64,000 nt of DNA, from the sequence record PV946933.1. One strand, 5' to 3'. Positions 57,571 through 64,000 of the stretch are shown piece after piece. How positions within the stretch are numbered: position 1 is the first letter of the stretch; each line of letters opens with the position of its first letter. Source of the stretch: a phage. The notes under the pieces were generated by a model. It saw nothing but the letters and a program-made list of their open reading frames with translations. It did not search any database and was not told where the DNA came from. The translations under genes were made by a program, and so were the position numbers.

Positions 57571-57786
57571 ATGAAAATTTTTAAAGATGTAAAAGTTGGT
57601 GAAATTTTCTGTTTAGATAATGGTGATCAGTTAATTCGTATTTCACCTCTTAAGAGCACTAGCGAGAAAATGACAGTTAACGCTACTTTAGCAAATAACA
57701 GTAATGAACGTTTCTGTATTGAAAATGATACTGAAACTTATACCGTAGAAGAGTTCTGGGAATTGAGCGTCGACTGCGACGATTAA
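57571..57786 (+). CDS. hypothetical protein
   Basis: 71-aa ORF. Confidence 0.4.
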   Translation: MKIFKDVKVGEIFCLDNGDQLIRISPLKSTSEKMTVNATLANNSNERFCIENDTETYTVEEFWELSVDCDD

Positions 57787-57792
57787 TTTAAC

Positions 57793-57816
57793 AGGCCGTG
57801 TGTATTCATGCGGCCT
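57793..57816 (+). terminator. RNA hairpin upstream of ndd (no T-tract)
   Basis: AGGCCG-loop-CGGCCT. Confidence 0.3.
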
Positions 57817-57846
57817 TGGAGTAGAAAATAATTAGAGGAAAATAAC

Positions 57847-58302
57847 ATGAAATATATGACTGTTACTGATTTGAATAATGCAGGCGCAACTGTTATTGGT
57901 ACAATCAAGGGCGGTGAATGGGTTTTTGGAACTCCACATAAAGACATTTTGTCTAACCCTGGATTTTACTTTTTAGTGAGCAAATTTGGTGGTCCATTTG
58001 ATAGTCCGTGTGTATCTGCGCGGTTTTATGTAGGTAATCAGCGTTCTAAGCAAGGATTCAGTGCAGTTCTAAGTCATATTCGTCAGCGTCGGTCTCAGCT
58101 TGCGCGTACTATTGCAAATAACAATGTTCCATACACAGTATTTTATCTACCTTCTTCTAAGATGAAACCTCTGACGACAGGATTTGGAAAGGGTCAGTTA
58201 GCTTTAGCGTTTACTCGTAATCATCATTCTGAGTATCAAACGCTTGAAGAAATGAACCGTATGTTGGCTGATAACTTTAAATTTGTTTTGCAGGCATATT
58301 AA
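57847..58302 (+). CDS. ndd: nucleoid disruption protein Ndd
   Basis: 151 aa; recognised as T4 Ndd. Confidence 0.88.
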   Translation: MKYMTVTDLNNAGATVIGTIKGGEWVFGTPHKDILSNPGFYFLVSKFGGPFDSPCVSARFYVGNQRSKQGFSAVLSHIRQRRSQLARTIANNNVPYTVFYLPSSKMKPLTTGFGKGQLALAFTRNHHSEYQTLEEMNRMLADNFKFVLQAY

Positions 58303-58379
58303 TGAGTAATTTCCATAATGAACATGTGATGCAGTTCTATCGTAACAATCTTAAAACTAAAGGCATCTTCGGACGCTAG
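58302..58379 (+). CDS. stp: Stp peptide
   Basis: 25-aa [28 protein letters not shown], recognised as T4 Stp; ATG overlaps ndd stop. Confidence 0.75.
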   Translation: MSNFHNEHVMQFYRNNLKTKGIFGR

Positions 58380-58389
58380 TGAGGAAAAT

Positions 58390-58545
58390 ATGAATATCGC
58401 AAAATTATTAGGAGTTATTTCATTTATTTGTTGGATAGTAGCATGTGTTTTAACTATCTGTATTGATGTCAGCAGCGTGTTTTCGCAAGCTTTAGCTCAG
58501 GGTATGTGTGCATATTTAACATTTGCGTTGTTATCTAATGATTAA
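58390..58545 (+). CDS. ac: acridine-sensitivity membrane protein Ac
   Basis: 51-aa hydrophobic ORF after GAGGA, matching T4 ac size and position. Confidence 0.65.
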   Translation: MNIAKLLGVISFICWIVACVLTICIDVSSVFSQALAQGMCAYLTFALLSND

Positions 58546-58678
58546 GAAAATCTTGGGCTACTCGGTAGCCCTTGCTGCTTTATTGGTAGCACTATATTAT
58601 GGAGTAATGTTCGGATTAATTCAAGTCGTGCTTTTCATTTCTGATGTTATTATGGCACTACATTCACTAGTATGGTAA
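58538..58678 (+). CDS. small hydrophobic peptide (52.1 position)
   Basis: 46-aa ORF between ac and gene 52. Confidence 0.3.
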   Translation: MIKKILGYSVALAALLVALYYGVMFGLIQVVLFISDVIMALHSLVW

Positions 58679-58682
58679 ATTT

Positions 58683-60011
58683 ATGCAACTGAATAATCGC
58701 GATTTAAAAAGTATCATTGATAATGAAGCATTGGCTTATGCTATGTACACGGTTGAAAATCGTGCTATTCCAAATATGATTGATGGATTTAAGCCAGTTC
58801 AACGATTTGTTATCGCTCGAGCTCTTGATTTGGCACGGGGAAATAAAGATAAGTTTCACAAACTCGCTTCTATTGCAGGTGGTGTAGCTGACCTTGGATA
58901 TCATCATGGCGAAAACTCTGCACAAGATGCGGGGGCTTTGATGGCTAACACTTGGAATAATAACTTTCCTTTGTTAGATGGTCAAGGAAACTTTGGTTCT
59001 CGTACCGTTCAAAAAGCAGCGGCAAGCCGTTATATTTTTGCTCGTGTAAGTAAAAATTTCTATAACGTATATAAAGATACTGAATATGCTCCGGTACATC
59101 AAGATAAAGAACACATTCCTCCTGCTTTCTATTTGCCTATTATTCCTACTGTTCTTCTTAATGGTGTTTCCGGTATTGCAACTGGTTATGCAACTTACAT
59201 TCTTCCTCATAGCGTTTCTTCTGTTAAGAAAGCTGTATTACAAGCTCTTCAAGGAAAGAAAGTAACTAAACCAAAGGTAGAATTCCCAGAATTTCGTGGT
59301 GAAGTCGTTGAAATTGACGGTCAATATGAAATTCGTGGAACGTACAAGTTTACTTCACGAACTCAAATGAATATCACTGAGATTCCATATAAGTATGATC
59401 GTGAAACTTATGTGGGTAAAATCTTAGACCCGCTTGAAGATAAGGGCTTCATTACATGGGATGATGCTTGCGGTGAGCATGGTTTTGGCTTCAAAGTTAA
59501 ATTCCGCAAAGAATATTCTTTGAGCGATAACGAAGAAGAACGCCATGCAAAAATTATGAAAGACTTTGGGTTGATTGAGCGTCGTTCCCAAAATATTACA
59601 GTCATCAACGAGAAAGGAAAGTTACAAGTTTACGATAACGTAGTTGATTTAATTAAAGACTTCGTTGAAGTTCGTAAAACTTATGTCCAAAAGCGAATTG
59701 ATAACAAAATCAAAGAAACTGAATCAGCATTTCGTTTAGCCTTTGCCAAGGCACATTTCATTAAGAAAGTAATTTCAGGTGAAATTGTTGTGCAGGGTAA
59801 AACTCGTAAAGAACTGACCGAAGAACTTTCTAAAATTGAGATGTATTCTTCTTATGTCGATAAACTAGTCGGAATGAATATTTTTCATATGACTTCCGAC
59901 GAAGCAAAGAAACTTGCTGAAGAAGCTAAAGCTAAGAAAGAAGAAAACGAATATTGGAAAACTACTGATGTAGTTACCGAATACACTAAAGATTTAGAGG
60001 AAATCAAATGA
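58683..60011 (+). CDS. 52: DNA topoisomerase II medium subunit gp52 (GyrA-like)
   Basis: 442 aa; recognised as T4 gp52. Confidence 0.93.
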   Translation: MQLNNRDLKSIIDNEALAYAMYTVENRAIPNMIDGFKPVQRFVIARALDLARGNKDKFHKLASIAGGVADLGYHHGENSAQDAGALMANTWNNNFPLLDGQGNFGSRTVQKAAASRYIFARVSKNFYNVYKDTEYAPVHQDKEHIPPAFYLPIIPTVLLNGVSGIATGYATYILPHSVSSVKKAVLQALQGKKVTKPKVEFPEFRGEVVEIDGQYEIRGTYKFTSRTQMNITEIPYKYDRETYVGKILDPLEDKGFITWDDACGEHGFGFKVKFRKEYSLSDNEEERHAKIMKDFGLIERRSQNITVINEKGKLQVYDNVVDLIKDFVEVRKTYVQKRIDNKIKETESAFRLAFAKAHFIKKVISGEIVVQGKTRKELTEELSKIEMYSSYVDKLVGMNIFHMTSDEAKKLAEEAKAKKEENEYWKTTDVVTEYTKDLEEIK

Positions 60012-60157
60012 GTCCATTCATTGGTATTACAAGCGCGGCGTTAGTATCTGGTAGCATTTTACTAGCAGGGGTAGGTGTTGTTCCAGCTGTAGCAGGAGGT
60101 CTTCTTGCGTTCGGCATTCAACGTGTTATCATGACAGTTATCACAGTCATGCAGTAA
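60008..60157 (+). CDS. small hydrophobic peptide (motA.1 position)
   Basis: 49-aa ORF, ATG overlaps gene 52 stop; followed by terminator. Confidence 0.3.
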   Translation: MSPFIGITSAALVSGSILLAGVGVVPAVAGGLLAFGIQRVIMTVITVMQ

Positions 60158-60162
60158 TTTTA

Positions 60163-60192
60163 GGGAGAGCCGAGGCTCTCCCTTTTTATTTT
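60163..60192 (+). terminator. rho-independent terminator before motA promoter
   Basis: GGGAGAGCC-GAG-GCTCTCCC then TTTTTATTTT. Confidence 0.7.
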
Positions 60193-60211
60193 AAAATTTT
60201 TTCACAAAACG

Positions 60212-60241
60212 GTTTACAACCAAAGCATACTGTGGTACTAT
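60212..60241 (+). promoter_or_regulatory. early promoter (motA)
   Basis: GTTTAC-N18-TGTGGTACTAT plus conserved leader. Confidence 0.6.
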
Positions 60242-60282
60242 ACAACTATCAACTACTGATACAGAATTACGGAGATTAGAAA

Positions 60283-60918
60283 ATGTCTAAAGTAACTTAC
60301 ATCATCAAAGCTTCTAACGATGTTCTGAATGAAAAAACTGCTGCGATTTTAATTACCATTGCTAAGAAAGATTTCATTACAGCTGCAGAAGTTCGTGAGG
60401 TGCATCCAGATTTAGGTAATGCAGTAGTTAATAGTAATATTGGGGTATTGATTAAAAAAGGCCTGGTAGAGAAATCTGGTGATGGATTAATCATTACTGG
60501 TGAAGCTCAGGATATTATTTCAAATGCAGCAACTTTATACGCACAGGAAAATGCTCCTGAACTGTTGAAAAAACGAGCAACACGTAAAGCTCGCGAAATT
60601 ACTTCTGATATGGAAGAAGATAAAGACTTCATGTTAAAACTTTTAGATGAAAATGGATTTGTTCTTAAAAAGATTGAAACTTATCGTAGTAACTATCTCG
60701 CTATTTTAGAAAAACGCACTCACGGAATTCGTAATTTTGAAATTAACAACAATGGAAATATGCGAATTTTTGGATACAAAATGATGGAACATCATATTCA
60801 GAAATTTACTGATATCGGAATGTCATGTAAAATCGCTAAAAACGGTAATGTGTATCTTGACATTAAACGCTCAGCAGAAAACATTGAAGCTGTAATCACC
60901 GTAGCATCTGAACTGTGA
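60283..60918 (+). CDS. motA: middle-transcription activator MotA
   Basis: 211 aa; recognised as T4 MotA. Confidence 0.9.
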   Translation: MSKVTYIIKASNDVLNEKTAAILITIAKKDFITAAEVREVHPDLGNAVVNSNIGVLIKKGLVEKSGDGLIITGEAQDIISNAATLYAQENAPELLKKRATRKAREITSDMEEDKDFMLKLLDENGFVLKKIETYRSNYLAILEKRTHGIRNFEINNNGNMRIFGYKMMEHHIQKFTDIGMSCKIAKNGNVYLDIKRSAENIEAVITVASEL

Positions 60919-60928
60919 GGAATAAATA

Positions 60929-61258
60929 ATGAACAAGTTAGAAATTGTTAATGAACTTCGTCGTTGTGCAGAACCTACTCAAGAAGGATGGGACATCTGG
61001 TATCATGGAGCTTATCTTGGAACTATTGTAAAGATTAAGACTGGTAAATACATGATTATTCGTGAAAGTAAAGATGCACCAGTAGGTATTCGCAATAATT
61101 TCATGGCAGCTATAAGTTCCTTTACGGATTCAGCTTACGAAATTTACCTTGCTGATTATAAAGAATTCCAAGAATCTCAACCAGTTATTCGCTCAATTGG
61201 TGTTAACAAAGCTCAACAGAAAACTTTGTGGCAACGTATTAAAGGATGGTTTAAATGA
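60929..61258 (+). CDS. hypothetical protein
   Basis: 109-aa ORF. Confidence 0.45.
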   Translation: MNKLEIVNELRRCAEPTQEGWDIWYHGAYLGTIVKIKTGKYMIIRESKDAPVGIRNNFMAAISSFTDSAYEIYLADYKEFQESQPVIRSIGVNKAQQKTLWQRIKGWFK

Positions 61259-61716
61259 ATCCATTTATTAATCGTTTAAAAATGCTGAATGTTCCTTTAT
61301 CTCGTGAGACTCCAGAAAGTCTTGTTCAAAAATTTAAAGCGCATGGTTATAAATGCACAGAAGAAGATATTCTGAAAGAAGTTCCGGAAATTTGTTGGCA
61401 AACCGCATACTGGGATGAAAACCAAAAGTACCAACGACGGATTGTTTGCGCAGCCAACCGTTTTAAATTAAAAGATGGACGAACTCTTATTATTCCGGGT
61501 GCTCGTCATTATTCTAAAGATATGGCCGAAGTTTTAGATGTAGTTAAACTCCAATTAGTTACTCAGCAAGTTTGTGATGATGACCAAGGGTTTATTGACC
61601 AATATAGTAATTATTGGACACGTGAAGAAGCAATGATTATTGCAACTTACGCTGGACAAGTACGTATTGAACGCGGTGGTAGTGAAAAAGAACTTTACTC
61701 TGAGGACCTTTATTAA
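61255..61716 (+). CDS. hypothetical protein
   Basis: 153-aa ORF. Confidence 0.45.
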   Translation: MNPFINRLKMLNVPLSRETPESLVQKFKAHGYKCTEEDILKEVPEICWQTAYWDENQKYQRRIVCAANRFKLKDGRTLIIPGARHYSKDMAEVLDVVKLQLVTQQVCDDDQGFIDQYSNYWTREEAMIIATYAGQVRIERGGSEKELYSEDLY

Positions 61717-62012
61717 TGAATATTAAAAAGTTTCAAATTGATGGAATTACTAATCAAATTCAAGCATTGGAATATGCCAATAAAATGATGTCAACTAATT
61801 GGGGAATTTATGCCAATGAACCAGCATTTCAGTTTTGTGATATGGAATTAACTAAAAAGCTTGTAGGAAAAGATTATGTATGTCCATTTAGTTCTCCAGT
61901 AAATGGAATGCTAAAACCCGCTTTACGCGATCTTTATATTGCGATGAACGAAGAGATGATAAAAGAACTAAAACGTCAACTGAAGGTGATTCAATTTGGC
62001 CAGGGAAATTAA
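61716..62012 (+). CDS. hypothetical protein
   Basis: 98-aa ORF. Confidence 0.45.
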   Translation: MNIKKFQIDGITNQIQALEYANKMMSTNWGIYANEPAFQFCDMELTKKLVGKDYVCPFSSPVNGMLKPALRDLYIAMNEEMIKELKRQLKVIQFGQGN

Positions 62013-62214
62013 TTCAAAATCCGATTATTTTAATTCTCTCAATGATAAAGATAAAAATCTAATACGGCATTTTATCGTTGAGATGGGATATACTGATACA
62101 CGTGATTTAAGAGAACATATATTTGAATGTGGTGTAGCTAAAAAGTTTTCATTCACATGCAAATGTTTAAGAGAGGTAATTCAGCATTATGAACAATTTA
62201 GTCGCAAAACATAA
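61996..62214 (+). CDS. hypothetical protein (TTG start, uncertain)
   Basis: 72-aa ORF with only a TTG start, overlapping previous ORF. Confidence 0.3.
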   Translation: MAREINSKSDYFNSLNDKDKNLIRHFIVEMGYTDTRDLREHIFECGVAKKFSFTCKCLREVIQHYEQFSRKT

Positions 62215-62297
62215 TTTTAATAAAGCTTCTGTCCATAAGGATAAAAAGAAAGCGTTTAAAGAATCTAATCGCAAACAGAAACATAAGGGGAAGGTCT

Positions 62298-62576
62298 ATG
62301 ATTATTGATTCTCAATCTGTGGTTCAATATACAATCAAAATTGACATTCTAGAAAAGCTATATAAGTTTCTACCAAATTTATACCACTCAATTGTCGATG
62401 AATTAGTTGAAGAACTACATCTTGAAAATAATGATTTCTTGGTTGGAACTTATAAAGATAACTCAAAGGCGGGATATTTTTACGTAATTCCAGCTCCAGG
62501 AAAAAGTATTGATGATGTATTAAAAACTATAATGATTTATGTCCATGATTACGAAATTGAAGATTATTTCGAATGA
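62298..62576 (+). CDS. arn: anti-restriction nuclease Arn
   Basis: 92 aa in T4 arn position upstream of asiA. Confidence 0.8.
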   Translation: MIIDSQSVVQYTIKIDILEKLYKFLPNLYHSIVDELVEELHLENNDFLVGTYKDNSKAGYFYVIPAPGKSIDDVLKTIMIYVHDYEIEDYFE

Positions 62577-62725
62577 GTCATAATCTTGAAAAGGTAATCG
62601 AGCATAATGTAGCTCAGGAACGCGAGTCGTTCAAGGAATTCGTAGAAAAAATTTTTGAAGAAAATAACACAGACCAGTTTACAAATCAAGTGTCTGATGA
62701 TATTATAATAAAGTCAACTAATTGA
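62573..62725 (+). CDS. hypothetical small acidic protein
   Basis: 50-aa ORF, ATG overlaps arn stop. Confidence 0.3.
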   Translation: MSHNLEKVIEHNVAQERESFKEFVEKIFEENNTDQFTNQVSDDIIIKSTN

Positions 62726-62737
62726 GTGGTATAGTTA

Positions 62738-63010
62738 ATGAATAAAAACATTGATACAGTTCGTGAAATTATTACTGTTGCGTCTATTTTGATTAAATTT
62801 TCCAGAGAAGATATTGTTGAGAATCGTGCTAATTTTATTGCATTTCTGAATGAGATTGGAGTAACGCATGAAGGTAGAAAGTTAAATCAGAATTCATTCC
62901 GTAAAATTGTTTCTGAATTAACCCAAGAAGATAAGAAAACCCTCATCGACGAATTCAACGAGGGTTTTGAAGGTGTATATCGATATCTAGAGATGTATAC
63001 AAACAAATAA
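62738..63010 (+). CDS. asiA: anti-sigma70 factor AsiA
   Basis: 90 aa; recognised as T4 AsiA. Confidence 0.9.
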   Translation: MNKNIDTVREIITVASILIKFSREDIVENRANFIAFLNEIGVTHEGRKLNQNSFRKIVSELTQEDKKTLIDEFNEGFEGVYRYLEMYTNK

Positions 63011-63667
63011 TTATTTAGCCCTTCCTAATATTCTGGCCGCCTGAGAACATATTGATTCAAGGCGGTCATTACTTATATGATCATTTCTATACCAGTACAT
63101 GGTTATTGTTCCAGCATAGATATTATCCAAATTAAAATATGGACAACTGTACATGTAGTTTATTTCGGGAGTAGGCTTTTTAGTTGGTAAAAAAGCAAAT
63201 TTTGAGTTGGAATAATAATGACGTCCATTTAAATGAACTGTATATTCATCCATAGTTTTATCAACAGGATATCCTCCAAGTGATTTTTCGCTTATTGTTG
63301 AAGGTAATTTTCCTTCATATGCTATAATATCAACAAAATAGTTTAAGTTTTTAGGGCGGAAAGAATACACCGCACTAAAGTCTGCCTCAGATGATATGTG
63401 AACTATCTGGAGTTGTTCCAGGGCGACAGATTCAAAGCGTGCATTTCTTTCCTTTTCAATAATTTCACTGTATGTTTCATACTTTGATTGCTTATAGTAC
63501 TCAAAGAAACTATCTCCCCTATACCAAACAATCGCCATCATAAATAAAAGAATTACGACAGCTACTCGGGAAGCAAGAACCTTCCCGGTAGCGTTATCTT
63601 TGAACAAGCGATCTAGAACACCCAACAGAATATCAGAGGGCGAAAATGATATTCTAGGTGCTGCCAT
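63011..63667 (-). CDS. t: holin T
   Basis: 218 aa on - strand; recognised as T4 holin; AAAGGAGGG and late-promoter-like box upstream on - strand. Confidence 0.92.
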   Translation of the reverse strand: MAAPRISFSPSDILLGVLDRLFKDNATGKVLASRVAVVILLFMMAIVWYRGDSFFEYYKQSKYETYSEIIEKERNARFESVALEQLQIVHISSEADFSAVYSFRPKNLNYFVDIIAYEGKLPSTISEKSLGGYPVDKTMDEYTVHLNGRHYYSNSKFAFLPTKKPTPEINYMYSCPYFNLDNIYAGTITMYWYRNDHISNDRLESICSQAARILGRAK

Positions 63668-63684
63668 AGACCCTCCTTTTAAGG

Positions 63685-63692
63685 ATATTTAT
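63685..63692 (-). promoter_or_regulatory. late-promoter-like box for holin t
   Basis: ATAAATAT on - strand between gene 38 stop and AAAGGAGGG/ATG of t. Confidence 0.4.
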
Positions 63693-63697
63693 TCAAA

Positions 63698-64000
63698 TTA
63701 TACTCTTGGACCATATATTGCTCCAACGTTTTGCCATGTCGGTGTAGACCCTATGACGGCATAACCAGCAGCACCACCGTTATATTCTGTACCGTTCCCA
63801 TGAATATTACATCTACCTCCTGCTGAGCCAACTTCACCGCCATTCCCGCCTGTATATACCCAAAGAGACCCCTCACCGACAGATCCTGCACCCGGAGCGG
63901 AAATGGTGCCAGCGGTTGCACCAGCACCCATATGAGAGGAAGACCCGCCAGCACCGAATGGGCGACCACCACCACCACCAAATGATAGTCTACCGTAGTT
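63698..64000 (-). CDS. 38: gp38 tail-fibre adhesin/assembly protein, C-terminal part (5' end beyond window)
   Basis: - strand frame open to the window edge; glycine-rich segments GGGGGRPFGAGG, GGNGG, NGGAAG; directly upstream of t. Confidence 0.65.
   Translation of the reverse strand, partial: NYGRLSFGGGGGRPFGAGGSSSHMGAGATAGTISAPGAGSVGEGSLWVYTGGNGGEVGSAGGRCNIHGNGTEYNGGAAGYAVIGSTPTWQNVGAIYGPRV

Noticed and set aside
63751-63981. 76-aa ORF on the - strand in an alternative frame within gene 38
   Set aside because: The other frame (63698-64000) is open to the window edge and carries the glycine-rich adhesin motifs; this one is an overlapping out-of-frame artefact.

Overview
This 64 kb window is a contiguous block of a T4-like (T-even, Tevenvirinae) phage genome, in reverse orientation to the conventional T4 map, so nearly all early/middle genes read left to right on the + strand. 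Gene order is colinear with T4: nrdC-upstream accessory ORFs, nrdC, 49, nrdD, nrdG, 55, alpha-gt, 47, 46, rpbA, 45, 44, 62, regA, 43, imm, 42, uvsX, 40, 41, dmd, spackle, 61, dam, 56, soc, mrh-like, modB, modA, srd, dda, dexA, motB-like, 39, rIIA, rIIB, denB, ndd, stp, ac, 52, motA, arn, asiA, then holin t and the 3' end of gene 38 on the - strand. Gene names come from my recognition of T4 protein sequences, sizes and synteny; no database search was run. Starts were moved downstream wherever the ORF track began on a non-ATG codon upstream of a better ATG with a Shine-Dalgarno. No tRNA, rRNA, CRISPR array or intron was detected. The window shows departures from T4 as I recall it: an uninterrupted 605-aa gene 39, an intron-less nrdD, a GIY-YIG endonuclease plus a GT-A glycosyltransferase where T4 has beta-gt, extra genes between primase 61 and dam, and a glycine-rich gp38 C-terminus, which together suggest a T2/T6-type relative (inference). 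I found no single unambiguous novel system; the best candidates are the 61-dam insertion (PD-(D/E)xK-like ORF plus an opposite-strand membrane gene), a nucleotidyltransferase/ATPase pair at the left end, and a tandem coiled-coil family. Early promoters are frequently embedded in inverted repeats and share a near-identical ~45-nt leader, resembling the promoter-early stem-loop cassettes described for T4-type phages.
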